Source: Eledone cirrhosa (taxonomy: Eukaryota). Taken from it: a stretch of 64,000 nucleotides of DNA. Below, one piece after another: positions 14,101 through 28,602 of the stretch. Position 1 is the stretch's first letter. Each line of letters opens with the position of its first letter. The DNA lies in the NCBI GenBank assembly GCA_964016885.1, contig OZ024753.1, positions 15,562,001 through 15,626,000 on the forward strand, read 5' to 3'. Position numbers and translations under genes: made by a program. The notes beneath the pieces are model-generated. The model saw only the letters and a list, made by a program, of their open reading frames with translations. It had not been told where the DNA came from and made no database searches.

Positions 14101-15873
14101 CACACTCTATGCAAATTAGCCTGCCCACTACTAATTTTCATAGAAAAAGCATATAACGCTATGTGCTTTTACGATTCTCTAGAGAGGCCGGAAGATAGGT
14201 AAATATTGCTGATGAGTTGTAACAACAACGAAACTAGTTCAATATTCCTTGTCTGGCTTTCTGGAGAATAGAGGAAAGGTGTTTCCTCAAAAACCAGTAT
14301 GACTCTAAAAACCGGTTTGTCTGTGTGTTTACATACGGAATAGCTGGCCACTCACAGTAAAGTGACCAGTGAAAAAAACTTGGTACATCTACATATGTAT
14401 ACGTGTGTGTATTCATATACATACTAGTATTTCAGTATACATATATGGATGTACATCTTTAACTTAATTGTTTAAGCGTCAGTCATACAAAAGTGAGTTA
14501 CAAACGAAACGAAATTTAATTTCGTTTCGTTATTTGTTTTTATCGTCTCCGTTGAACCGGTACTTACTCACACTCTATGCAAATTAGTCTGCCCACTACT
14601 AATTTTCATAGAAAAAGCATATAACGCTATGTGCTTTTACGATTCTCTAGAGAGGCCGGAAGATAGGTAAATATTGCTGATGAGTTGTAACAACAACGAA
14701 ACTAGTTCAATATTCCTTGTCTGGCTTTCTGGAGAATAGAGGAAAGGTGTTTCCTCAAAAACCAGTATGACTCTAAAAACCGGTTTGTCTGTGTGTTTAC
14801 ATACGGAATAGCTGGCCACTCACAGTAAAGTGACCAGTGAAAAAAACTTGGTACATCTACATATGTATACGTGTGTGTATTCATATACATACTAGTATTT
14901 CAGTATACATATATGGATGTACATCTTTAACTTAATTGTTTAAGCGTCAGTCATACAAAAGTGAGTTACAAACGAAACGAAATTTAATTTCGTTTCGTTA
15001 TTTGTTTTTATCGTCTCCGTTGAACCGGTACTTACTCACACTCTATGCAAATTAGTCTGCCCACTACTAATTTTCATAGAAAAAGCATATAACGCTATGT
15101 GCTTTTACGATTCTCTAGAGAGGCCGGAAGATAGGTAAATATTGCTGATGAGTTGTAACAACAACGAAACTAGTTCAATATTCCTTGTCTGGCTTTCTGG
15201 AGAATAGAGGAAAGGTGTTTCCTCAAAAACCAGTATGACTCTAAAAACCGGTTTGTCTGTGTGTTTACATACGGAATAGCTGGCCACTCACAGTAAAGTG
15301 ACCAGTGAAAAAAACTTGGTACATCTACATATGTATACGTGTGTGTATTCATATACATACTAGTATTTCAGTATACATATATGGATGTACATCTTTAACT
15401 TAATTGTTTAAGCGTCAGTCATACAAAAGTGAGTTACAAACGAAACGAAATTTAATTTCGTTTCGTTATTTGTTTTTATCGTCTCCGTTGAACCGGTACT
15501 TACTCACACTCTATGCAAATTAGTCTGCCCACTACTAATTTTCATAGAAAAAGCATATAACGCTATGTGCTTTTACGATTCTCTAGAGAGGCCGGAAGAT
15601 AGGTAAATATTGCTGATGAGTTGTAACAACAACGAAACTAGTTCAATATTCCTTGTCTGGCTTTCTGGAGAATAGAGGAAAGGTGTTTCCTCAAAAACCA
15701 GTATGACTCTAAAAACCGGTTTGTCTGTGTGTTTACATACGGAATAGCTGGCCACTCACAGTAAAGTGACCAGTGAAAAAAACTTGGTACATCTACATAT
15801 GTATACGTGTGTGTATTCATATACATACTAGTATTTCAGTATACATATATGGATGTACATCTTTAACTTAATT

Positions 15874-15878
<5 letters not shown>
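5138..15878 (+). repeat. 468-bp tandem array, inverted right arm (~23 monomers); candidate retrozyme, hammerhead on plus strand
   Basis: Reverse complement of the left-arm unit, same period. One substitution noticed (14120 T>C). Ends at ...ATTGTTTA running directly into (TA)n. Confidence 0.97.
5310..5354 (+). ncRNA. Minimal type I hammerhead ribozyme (representative; repeats every 468 bp to 15606-15650, 23 copies)
   Basis: AATATTG-CTGATGA-GTTGT(AACA)ACAAC-GAAA-CTAG-TT-CAATATT: 7-bp stem I, canonical core, 5-bp stem II, palindromic A-CTAG-T stem III, predicted cleavage after GUU. Confidence 0.88.
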
Positions 15879-17597
<1,719 letters not shown>

Positions 17598-18711
17598 GTG
17601 TGTGTGTGTGCGTGTGCGTGTGTGTGTGTAGGGAGAAACGGGTGCAGTTTATTTTCGGCAACAGCCATGAACTGAAAGACACTAAAGGGGAGAAAATTAG
17701 TAGGCGGCTTATTAGTGTAGTGCTGATTAGTAATGGATTATCGGCATTTGATAAAGAGGTGAAGTGCGTAGCACTTTTTGTTGGCACGAGAAATAGAGAT
17801 ATTGTTGCAATCAATTAGGTATTGAACATGAAAAAATACAATATATAACTGAGAGATGTTGGCAGCTACAGCTGAGATAAATATTAGTTGGTGGCAGACA
17901 ACGAGTGTCTGTGTTGAATGAGGGTGGAAGAATGATATAATCACTTTAAACTTAAGCGAACATCGTTTAAATTTGCAAATGGTAGATTTGTGAAACGATA
18001 TTTTGCGTTGAAAAAACAAATATAGATAAAGGGCTGATGTACGAAATAACCCATGTAAATTTTCTCAATTAATTGAAATTGGTATCTCAGTTTGGGAAAG
18101 AAAGTATTGTAAAAAAAAAAAAAATCTAGCGGCAATTTTTAGCAACTCTCAATTGGAAAAGGGGGAAATAATTTCATGAAATTAAAAATTGATTTCATAA
18201 TATTTAATTGACATGGGGGGAAATGTCTGATCTTTTGTAGCAGGCAACGTTACAGCTATTTCTGTATATTAGAGTGTGATCAGTGGAAAAATAGACCGAA
18301 ATATCCCGTTACAAGTGCTAGAAGATAAAGATTTGCTGTTGGGAAATTATGATTGAACTCTACTAGCAGCTAATGGCCTTTACGAATTATGGCTTTTCGA
18401 CGTGGGAGAACTCTCTCTCTCCTACCCCACCTACCTCCTGATTCCCTTGTCATCTTCTTATCGATATTAAAGATGAGAAGTAAACATCTATAAAAATAAT
18501 AGTAATGGTTTCTGATTTAGGCACAAGGCTAGCAATTATGGGGAAGGGGGGGAAGTCAATTAAATCGACCCCGTAAGGATGAAAGGCCAAGTAACCTCGG
18601 CGGGTTTTGAACACAGAACGTAAAGGGACATAACTCTATGCCGTTAAGCATGTTGTCCGACGCTCTACCAATACTTCCACTCCCCCAACCTCGACAACAA
18701 CAACAATATTG

Positions 18712-18757
<46 letters not shown>

Positions 18758-18760
<3 letters not shown>

Positions 18761-19352
18761 ACCTAGCCCAGACTCACTATAAGGGCTGGAGACATGATGT
18801 GATGGGCAGGGTGATCCACTGGCACCTATGCAAAGTAAACAATTTACCACATTCTGAGAAGTGGTATGAGCATAAGCCAGAGTCGGTGATAGTAAACGAT
18901 CAGGTGAAGGTGCTGTGGGATTTTAGGATACAGACGGACAAGAAACTGGAACACAATAGACCTGACCTGGTGGTTTTGGACAAGGAAAAAAGATCGTGCC
19001 TGATTGTGGATGTGGCCTGCCCATTCGACACGAGAGTGCAAGAGAAGGAGAGGGAGGAAATTAACCGATACCAGGACTTAAAGTGGGAGGTAAAAAGGAT
19101 TTGGAACTGCCATGAAGTCAAAGTGGTCCCGATTGTCATAGACGCACTAGGTACTATCTCAAAATGTTTCCAGGGATGGTTAAAGAAGATTGGCCCCGCC
19201 ACGCTTTTTGGAACGCTTCAAAGGGCATGCTTGCTGGGAACAGCAAGAACCCTCCGATACGTCCTGAATATCTGAGGCTGCAGGTAGCGGCTTGATATTC
19301 ATTTCAACAAACTTTCCAGTTAATTAACATCAGTGACTGAGACTCCAAGAAC
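18758..19352 (+). mobile_element. 5'-truncated R4/Dong-like non-LTR retrotransposon (restriction-like endonuclease domain plus 3' UTR)
   Basis: ORF 18709-19275 has RHD..., LWDFRIQTD, NRPDLVV...IVDVACP, EK...Y.DL and VVPIVIDALG motifs of RLE elements. Flanked on both sides by (TAA)n. Confidence 0.85.
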
Positions 19353-19364
19353 AATAATAATAAT

Positions 19365-19535
19365 AATTGTTTCTACTTTTGGCACAATGCCAGCAATTAT
19401 CCCAGTGTATTACTGGTACTTTATTTTATCGACCCCGTAAGGATGAAAGGCAAAGTCAACCTCGGCGGTATTTGAACTCGGATCGTAAAGGGACGTAACT
19501 ATGCTGGAAAGCATGGCGTCCGACCCTCTACCGAT
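19365..19535 (-). mobile_element. tRNA-derived SINE copy
   Basis: Same family as 20185-20375. Confidence 0.8.
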
Positions 19536-20184
19536 AATAATAATAATAATAATTCCGTTACAATAACTGCAGAAACCGAGTAAGCCAATACAGCTATACA
19601 ACAACAGCGACAACAACAACAACAACAACAACAACATGAACAACAGTAACAACAACAATGACAGTAACAACAACATCAACGACAACAACATCAACAACAT
19701 GAGCGACATTAATGATTCTTATCTTTGGCATAATGCCACAGATTTATAGTCGAAAGATATATATAAATCGATTTAATCTAGTTCAGTTCATGATTATTAC
19801 ATATAATATTGATCTTGGAGTGTATAAAAAGATATCACTAAATACAGTAAGACTATATTGAAAAAAGAATTTACATTTAGCCGTCCAGATAAAAAACAAT
19901 AAAACAGACTATTTACTTTTCATGCACCACATCGGGGCAGGGTTAGGACAGCTGTACCTTTTATTAATGTAATTTCATTTATTTTCTTCCTATTAGTTTA
20001 GTCTCCATCATGGTGACCATAGAGCGATATCTTCCATCATTGTCGTTCCTTAATGTTTTACGCCCGAGGAAATGTTTCTATATACAGATATAAGCCATTA
20101 TTTTTCTCTCAGAAAGTACCAGTAATGCACTGGGTAATTGCTGGCCTTGTGCCTAACGTAGAAACAATTATTTTTCTCTCGGAA

Positions 20185-20375
20185 TGGCGGTGGATTGGCA
20201 GTATCGGTAGAGGGTCGGACGCCATGCTTTGACGCATAGAGTTACGGCCCTTTCTATTCTGTGTTCAAATCCCGCCGAGGTAAACTTTGCCTTTCATCCT
20301 TACGGGGTCGATAAAATAAAGTACCAGTAATGTACTGGGTAATTGCTGGCCTTGTGCCAAAACTCGAAACAATTA
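20185..20375 (+). mobile_element. tRNA-derived SINE (representative of a dozen or more copies: ~18505, 34490, 35255, 36785, 44805, 45600, 46076, 48286, 48798 and a cluster at 61150-62060)
   Basis: A-box-like TGGCAGTATCGG, B-box GTTCAAATCC, shared core GCCTTTCATCCTTACGGGGTCGATAAAATAAAGTACCAG. Confidence 0.85.
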
Positions 20376-20716
20376 TTTTTCTCTCAGAAAATGTGAAAAT
20401 TAAGCGGAATCTGATGAGGTTGAACGTCACTGAAACCCCTCTTCCTTTTACTTATTTCCGGTTTGCTGAAATATTAGAGTATACATAACATAATTCACTT
20501 TACTTCACAAACACTCTATATATTCTACACAAACAAATATACATTGTTCTATATAAGGCGGTTGACACAAGAAGCATCGAGGGAAATTTGAAAAGTGTCT
20601 GCCGCAAAACAAATGACCATAATACTAATGTATCCTTATAAATATTTGTGAATATCCGGAAACGTTCCCATGGAGAGAGAGATGCATAGAGACGCCTCTG
20701 TATATATGTATGTTTA

Positions 20717-20757
<41 letters not shown>

Positions 20758-20895
20758 CTATACGTATGCATCATTAGATATGTATGTATGTCATTCACTA
20801 TCAAACAGCGGACAGCAGAGTCCACGTACCGTTCCTCTCCGACGGATAACTCCCCCACCCCACCCGAAAAACCCCCCTGTTGATGGATACGAATC

Positions 20896-20938
<43 letters not shown>

Positions 20939-20975
20939 AGGGTGTTAAAGTTTGCTTGAAGCATTGTGAAATGTG

Positions 20976-21479
20976 TAAAATACGTAGTTAAGAAAGCTAC
21001 AACAATGCAGAGGGAAATCTCGAGGTAGGAAGTTAGGAAGTGAAAGATAGATAGGAAAAACAGGTGAAAGTGAAAATTGAGAGAGACAAAGATGAAAACA
21101 AAACAAAGGTAGAAGGGTTACCGTAGTGGAGATTTAATCCCAATATTTCGGGCTCACGCCCATCAACGGGGGAAAGTTCCAAAAGGGGGGGAACAGGCCA
21201 AGCGGAGAAAGTTGTGATGTCGTTAAGACAGGAATGCCTGTCTTAACGACATCACAACTTTCTCCGCTTGGCCTGTTCCCCCCCTTTTGGAACTTTTCCC
21301 CCGTTGATGGGCGTGAGCCCGAAATATTGGGATTAAATCTCTACTACGGTAACCCTTCTACCTTTGTTTTGTTTTCATCTTTGTCTCTCTCAATTTTCAC
21401 TTTCACCTGTTTTTCCTATCTATCTTTCACTTCCTACCTCGAGATTTCCCTCTGCATTGTTGTGGCTTTCTTAACTACG

Positions 21480-21486
<7 letters not shown>
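20976..21486. repeat. Fold-back (palindromic) insertion, ~250-bp arms, 4-nt loop, between (TA)n tracts
   Basis: Centre GACAGG-AATG-CCTGTC at 21227-21242. Arms near-identical apart from a ~7-bp indel. Carries a degenerate hammerhead-like motif (TTGAT-GGGCGTGAGCCC-GAAA). Confidence 0.93.
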
Positions 21487-21534
<48 letters not shown>

Positions 21535-21562
21535 ATCATAAGATGGTTAAAAGAGTTCCATG

Positions 21563-21633
21563 TATTTTATTATGCGCATTTCAAAAACAAATATCATCAT
21601 GCAATAACATTTGCGTTTTCGTCAGATAAAATA
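21563..21633 (-). ncRNA. Type I hammerhead ribozyme motif
   Basis: TATTTTAT-CTGACGA-[stem II]-GAAA-TGCGCA-TA-ATAAAATA; 8-bp stem I, palindromic stem III. Confidence 0.8.
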
Positions 21634-21812
21634 GGGAGACATGATATGAAGGTTAAAACACACTTGTGAATAGTGTATTGCTTTATTGTACTACAATAAA
21701 ACTCACCTCCTACATATATATATATGAATATAATATAGATTTATATATACATATGCATATAATATACATATGTATATGAATAAATAAATAAATATTTATA
21801 TATATATATATA

Positions 21813-22003
21813 ACAAAGGAAATGTGGTAAGGAACCAGGTGGACCATAACGCACCAAAGTACTCAATACTTAGGATAGTAGAGTGGGTAATAGGAACGAG
21901 TAGGACCTCGACGGCTAAGCTCAAGCCGTTTCGACGGCTAATTCAGTCCAGAATTAGCCGTCGAAACGGCTTGAGCTCAGCCGTCGGGGTCCTACTCGTT
22001 CCT
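21813..22003. mobile_element. Short TA-flanked repeat family with terminal palindrome (near-identical copy at 41547-41741; relatives at ~28626, 36455, 39710, 56600)
   Basis: Inverted arms GACGGCTRAGCTCAAGCCGTTTCGACGGCTAATT...AATTAGCCGTCGAAACGGCTTGAGCTCAGCCGTC. Confidence 0.75.
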
Positions 22004-22055
22004 ATATATATATATATATGCATATAATATACATATGTATATATATATACGCAGG

Positions 22056-22095
<40 letters not shown>

Positions 22096-22269
22096 TATAT
22101 ATATACACATTAGTAAAAGTCATTTATCCAACAGGCGACAGAAACTATCCAAACAATAAGACAGCCTGTTTACTTGCTTTCATTGATCCTATAATAAATA
22201 TACTTCCATGTTATATCTACCAATCTACCTCTCTCTTTCTCTCTCTCTCTCCCTCTCTCTCCCTATCCA

Positions 22270-22300
<31 letters not shown>

Positions 22301-22420
22301 ACCTACCTATCCATCTATCTCTCTCTCTCTCTCTCTACCTACATATCCAGCTCTCTCTCTCTCTCTCTCTCTACCTACATATCCAGCTCTCTCTCTCTCT
22401 CTCTCTACCTACATATCCAG

Positions 22421-22520
<100 letters not shown>

Positions 22521-22709
22521 GTTATTCCGCGTTGAGTCGGAGGTAACCACAGTAAGTAAGGTACTCAATAGATTGCAGAGTATAAAAGTTTTAATGTTAA
22601 AACTATATATATATATATATATATAAGGTAAACAGAAATAAGAATACAATCTGTACACTATATGGAAGGAATATATTAGGTTAATAATATTGATAGAGCA
22701 GGAAGAATG

Positions 22710-22745
22710 TCTTAACGTTTCGGACGCTCGTCCTTCATCAAAAGA
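22710..22745 (-). ncRNA. Minimal hammerhead motif (C3U variant) in a dispersed repeat
   Basis: TCTT-TTGATGA-A-GGAC(GAGC)GTCC-GAAA-CG-TT-AAGA; same family as 38019, 49135 and 56444. Confidence 0.6.
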
Positions 22746-22846
22746 AAGAATGAGAAATAAGATAGAGAGGAGTCGGGCGGGGTTGGAATTGGAAAAAATG
22801 TCTTTAGATAAATTGAAGGTACTAGGGTGGGAGTGAAAAATAGACG

Positions 22847-22910
<64 letters not shown>

Positions 22911-22960
22911 GTGAAAGAGTAAAGAATAACATGGTTAGCTGTATAAAAAGGGTTTATTTA

Positions 22961-23053
22961 CAGTATTAACAATTGTTTCATTAATCAGGTGAAAAATTAC
23001 GTCGCTCGACCTTAATGACAGTGTGCGTCTCTGATCAGATCATCGGAATACTG
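22961..23053 (-). ncRNA. Type I hammerhead motif with long stem II (U4C variant)
   Basis: CAGTATT-CCGATGA-[TCTGATCAG...CTGATTAAT]-GAAA-CAATTG-TT-AATACTG. Confidence 0.7.
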
Positions 23054-24112
23054 AATTCACAGTGTACTCAGAACTTGTAATTGGATTACCTTAAACGATA
23101 CCTTGATATTCTCTATATAGAGAGAGTAATATATATATAGCTATATATATTTAACAATGTCTGTATGTCTGTATATCTATCCATCTGTCTAAGTGTGACA
23201 AAAGCACCAATTTTTGTCACAAAGCCACACCTTCTACATCCCCAATTAGAGAAACGTTAGGAATGGAACTAAATATTATACAATTAATATCGGTTTCACA
23301 ATCGAAAGGAATCATTAGACACTCTTTAGTAAAAATAATAGAAATATTCACTTATAAACTTGGCAGATAATCACCAATCTTTTAGATGTGGGCGTATATT
23401 CTATTAAATCGACCCAGACTGGGTACTTTTAATACTTTAATTTATTGACCTCAGAAGGACAGAATACAGACCTAGCAATTTAATTCATTGACCAGAGGAG
23501 GACAGAAAAGTAAATTAAATTATATTTTACCATGTTCTAATGTTGGCGTTAATCTCTGTCTAACCTTAGACACCTGAGTCGGATTCCACTCTTTGTTGTT
23601 GTTGTTTTGGTGGGAGAGGGGGGTACCAGAGGAGGTTGATAAGATCGATGCAGGGCAGGCTATGTTTATAGTGAAGAGTTGCTGATTACAGGAAAAATAT
23701 GAGCAAGAAAGAAGTTCTAGACGAATGTTAATCAGAAGGAAAAGGAATTTGAGGAAATGTGATTAGAGTGAGGCTTGAAATGTGGGGGTTTAAGTATCTG
23801 GATGACGAAATGACGAACGAAGAGTGTGTTAGATGTGATTGAATGGAAGCTGGCTCCAGTGTGTAAAGGTGATTATAGTAAAGGTAAAAGAGTGTGTTAG
23901 ATGTGCTTGAGTGGAAGCTCACTCCAATCAGTAAAGGTGATTATATTAACGGTAAAAGAAGCAGAATAAGTTGATAGAGGATCTTTGGTGGAAGGCTGAA
24001 GCCTGTTTCGTGATTCAATGTCAATTTTCTTTTCTGGTTGGAGGTTAGAGTCTTTATACTTGGGATTTAATCCTCCTGAGTTGACAAAATACTCATCCAA
24101 GCAACCCAAGCC

Positions 24113-26800
24113 AACCACCCAAGCCAAGGTAACTCAGCCCTGCCAAGTCGGCCACCCAAGCCAAGGTAACTCAGCCCAGCCAGACCCGCCACCCAAGCCA
24201 GAGTAACTCAGCCCAGCCAGACCCGCCACCCAAGCCAGAGTAACTCAGCCCAGCCAGACCCAAGCCAGAGTAACTCAGCCCAGCCAGGTCAGCCACCCAA
24301 GCCAGAGTAACTCAGCCCAGCCAAGTCAGCCACCCAAGCCAGAGTAACTCAGCCCTGCCAGGTCAGCCACCCAAGCCAGAGTAACTCAGCCCAGCCAGGT
24401 CAGCCACCCAAGCCAGAGTAACTCAGCCCTGCCAGGTCAGCCACCCAAGCCAGAGTAACTCAGCCCAGCCAGGTCAGCCACCCAAGCCAGAGTAACTCAG
24501 CCCTGCCAGGTCAGCCACCCAAGCCAGAGTAACTCAGCCCAGCCAAGTCAGCCACCCAAGCCAGAGTAACTCAGCCCAGCCAGACCCGCCACCCAAGCCA
24601 GAGTAACTCAGCCCAGCCAGACCCAAGCCAGAGTAACTCAGCCCTGCCAGGTCAGCCACCCAAGCCAGAGTAACTCAGCCCAGCCAGGTCAGCCACCCAA
24701 GCCAGAGTAACTCAGCCCAGCCAGGTCAGCCACCCAAGCCAGAGTAACTCAGCCCAGCCTGACCCGCCACCCAAGCCAAGGTAGCTCAGCCCAGCCAGAC
24801 CCGGCACCCAAACCAGAGTAACTCAGCCCAGCCAGACCCGCCACTCAAGCCAGAGTAACTCAGCCCTGCCAGACCCGCCACCCAAGCCAAGGTAGCTCAG
24901 CCCAGCCAGACCCGCCACCCAAGCCAGAGTAACTCAGCCCTGCCAGGTCAGCCACCCAAGCCAGAGTAACTCAGCCCAGCCAGACCCGCCACCCAAGCCA
25001 GAGTAACTCAGCCCTGCCAGGTCAGCCACCCAAGCCAGAGTAACTCAGCCCTGCCAGACCCGCCACCCAAGCCAGAGTAACTCAGCCCAGCCAGGTCAGC
25101 CACCCAAGCCAGAGTAACTCAGCCCTGCCAGACCCGCCACCCAAGCCAGAGTAACTCAGCCCAGCCAGGTCAGCCACCCAAGCCAGAGTAACTCAGCCCT
25201 GCCAGACCCGCCACCCAAGCCAGAGTAACTCAGCCCTGCCAGACTCGCCACCCAAGCCAGAGTAACTCAGCCCAGCCAGACCCGCCACCCAAGCCAGAGT
25301 AACTCAGCCCTGCCAGACCCGCCACCCAAGCCAGAGTAACTCAGCCCAGCCAGGTCAGCCACCCAAGCCAGAGTAACTCAGCCCTGCCAGACCCGCCACC
25401 CAAGCCAGAGTAACTCAGCCCAGCCAGACCCGCCACCCAAGCCAGAGTAACTCAGCCCTGCCAGACCCGCCACCCAAGCCAGAGTAACTCAGCCCAGCCA
25501 GGTCAGCCACCCAAGCCAGAGTAACTCAGCCCTGCCATACCCGCCACCCAAGCCAGAGTAACTCAGCCCAGCCAGGTCAGCCACCCAAGCCAGAGTAACT
25601 CAGCCCTGCCATACCCGCCACCCAAGCCAGAGTAACTCAGCCCAGCCCTGCCAGACCCGCCACCCAAGCCAGAGTAACTCAGCCCAGCCAGACCCAAGCC
25701 AGAGTAACTCAGCCCTGCCAGGTCAGCCACCCAAGCCAGAGTAACTCAGCCCAGCCAGGTCAGCCACCCAAGCCAGAGTAACTCAGCCCAGCCAGGTCAG
25801 CCACCCAAGCCAGAGTAACTCAGCCCAGCCTGACCCGCCACCCAAGCCAAGGTAGCTCAGCCCAGCCAGACCCGGCACCCAAACCAGAGTAACTCAGCCC
25901 AGCCAGACCCGCCACTCAAGCCAGAGTAACTCAGCCCTGCCAGACCCGCCACCCAAGCCAAGGTAGCTCAGCCCAGCCAGACCCGCCACCCAAGCCAGAG
26001 TAACTCAGCCCAGCCAATCCCGCCACCCAAGCCAGAGTAACTCAGCCCTGCCAGGTCAGCCACCCAAGCCAGAGTAACTCAGCCCAGCCAGACCCGCCAC
26101 CCAAGCCAGAGTAACTCAGCCCTGCCAGGTCAGCCACCCAAGCCAGAGTAACTCAGCCCTGCCAGACCCGCCACCCAAGCCAGAGTAACTCAGCCCAGCC
26201 AGGTCAGCCACCCAAGCCAGAGTAACTCAGCCCTGCCAGACCCGCCACCCAAGCCAGAGTAACTCAGCCCTGCCAGACTCGCCACCCAAGCCAGAGTAAC
26301 TCAGCCCAGCCAGACCCGCCACCCAAGCCAGAGTAACTCAGCCCTGCCAGACCCGCCACCCAAGCCAGAGTAACTCAGCCCAGCCAGGTCAGCCACCCAA
26401 GCCAGAGTAACTCAGCCCTGCCAGACCCGCCACCCAAGCCAGAGTAACTCAGCCCAGCCAGACCCGCCACCCAAGCCAGAGTAACTCAGCCCTGCCAGAC
26501 CCGCCACCCAAGCCAGAGTAACTCAGCCCTGCCAGACCCGCCACCCAAGCCAGAGTAACTCAGCCCAGCCAGGTCAGCCACCCAAGCCAGAGTAACTCAG
26601 CCCTGCCATACCCGCCACCCAAGCCAGAGTAACTCAGCCCAGCCAGGTCAGCCACCCAAGCCAGAGTAACTCAGCCCTGCCATACCCGCCACCCAAGCCA
26701 GAGTAACTCAGCCCAGCCCTGCCAGACCCGCCACCCAAGCCAGAGTAACTCAGCCCTGCCAGACCCGCCACCCAAGCCAGAGTAACTCAGCCCAGCCAGA
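24113..26800. repeat. GC-rich 37-bp minisatellite (~70 units)
   Basis: Unit AGCCAGAGTAACTCAGCCC(A/T)GCCA(GGTCA/GACCC)GCCACCCA with interspersed variant types. Confidence 0.96.
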
Positions 26801-27571
26801 CGAACCTAGCAAGCCAAAGTAGATCAGTACTTATTCAGCCAGGTCAGAAACGCCAGCGTTTGTTTTCATTCAAAAGACAGAAAACAGCACCAGAATACCA
26901 ATAGCCTTCACTCGATACAACTCTCTTTTTCTTACAATCCTCGCTGGTTGTCATCTCGCTATATTTCCTCGATTTAAAATTACTTTCGCCGGTCCAACTC
27001 TGTTATATTCACCTCGCTATATTCCCTCTCTTCATTTATTCCTTATATCAAACTGAAGGCCTTTAGTATACCCGTTTTGAAGGGTCTCATCATATTGCCA
27101 ATTATATTCGTCTCCCTTTATTTACGTTCGAACAAATCTCTCAGTGTGTCCTTTGTGTTTCTTCTTTCAGAGAACTTTAGTTTGTTATCAATGATATCTG
27201 TAAGTACCTTGTGTTTACTTTATAGAGTAGTGTGGCAGTTTGCTGAAAGACGCCTGCATTGTGTATAGGAGCCTCGCATGTTTATCTGCTAATAGCTTTA
27301 GCTTTATAAGCTACTAATGCTCTAGAGGTGACTAGTTCACAGTTTTGCATAAAAGACAGATTATATAACCTGTCGTGGTAGCTGAAGAATCGCCATATTT
27401 TCTTGTGAGTGTGTCTTATAGCTTTATCTTTTCGTTGTGCTAGCTTTGCTAGCTTTTGAAGGAAAATGCACGCTGAGGTTGGTGTATATATATATATATA
27501 TATAAGTTGAAAAAAAAAATGAAAACGAAATTTCATTTCTCACTCTTAGTATGGCACTTACTTAAATGTAA

Positions 27572-27631
<60 letters not shown>

Positions 27632-27716
27632 GGAAAGTTATATTTAAATTGTTGGGTTACAACTAGTAAATATTTATAACTGATATAAAAGCACTCAACA
27701 AGTATTTGGAGTATAT

Positions 27717-28081
27717 TTACGATATTAAATAAATGGAAACTATATTTATAAAACCATATCTATTTCATTATATATATTTCAGGGATATCATATTAACAAT
27801 ATATTATGCCTTCCTCAGACAAAATACAATATAGACAGTTTTATAAATAAATAGATTTGACATACCGTTCAACATCGACTTGTATTTGAAATCAACTTTT
27901 CAAATCAACTTTTCAAATACAAGTCGATGTTGAACGGTATGTCAAATCTATTTATTTATAAAACTGTCTATATTGTATTTTGTCTGAAGAAGGCATAACA
28001 TATTGTTAATATGATATCCCTGAAATATATATAATGAAATAGATATGGTTTTATAAATATAGTTTCCATTTATTTAATATC

Positions 28082-28084
<3 letters not shown>
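27717..28084. repeat. Fold-back insertion (~175-bp arms) containing hammerhead motifs, between (TA)n tracts
   Basis: Inverted arms; right arm has CTGAAGA (27984)...GAAA-TATA-TA (28022). 13-nt tandem duplication AAATCAACTTTTC at the centre. Confidence 0.9.
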
Positions 28085-28128
<44 letters not shown>

Positions 28129-28389
28129 GAAGTTCTATTTAAATTGTTGGGATACAACAAGCAAATATTTTTATAACTGATATAAAGCATTTCTTTTTTC
28201 TCTTTTTTCTATCTCTCTTTTTCCATAACCCAACGGCTTATTTAAATCTACTCTGATTAAAAATATCCGAAACTAATTTACATAATAGTATAAATAAAGT
28301 TATAACCCCACTATCCGGGGGCTTCCAACAGTAATGGTTGCATTCTTTAAGGGTATGTCAATATTTGTTTATAAAACTGATCTATATTA

Positions 28390-28452
28390 TATTTTATCTG
28401 ATGAAAGCACACCATAATTTAACTTGGTGTCCTTGAAATATGTATAATGAAA
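28390..28452 (+). ncRNA. Hammerhead motif, same family as 27984 and 59781
   Basis: ATTTTAT-CTGATGA-AAG CACACCA...TGGTGT CCTT-GAAA-TATG-TA. Confidence 0.6.
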
Positions 28453-28506
28453 TAAATATGGTTTTATAAATATAGTTTCCATTTGTTAATATATCGTATA
28501 TATATA

Positions 28507-28602
<96 letters not shown>

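Noticed and set aside
26-15826. 62-aa and 60-aa ORFs repeated in every 468-bp unit
   Set aside because: Short, overlapping, no recognisable domain, antisense to the hammerhead; expected by chance and multiplied by the repeat.
20185-20280. tRNA gene
   Set aside because: A/B boxes belong to a multi-copy SINE head; no complete cloverleaf seen.
20405-20460. CTGATGA...GAAA motif
   Set aside because: No credible stem III or cleavage triplet; weak stems I and II.
24113-26800. 37-bp repeat as a CRISPR array
   Set aside because: Units are directly adjacent with no unique spacers, no cas genes, eukaryotic context.
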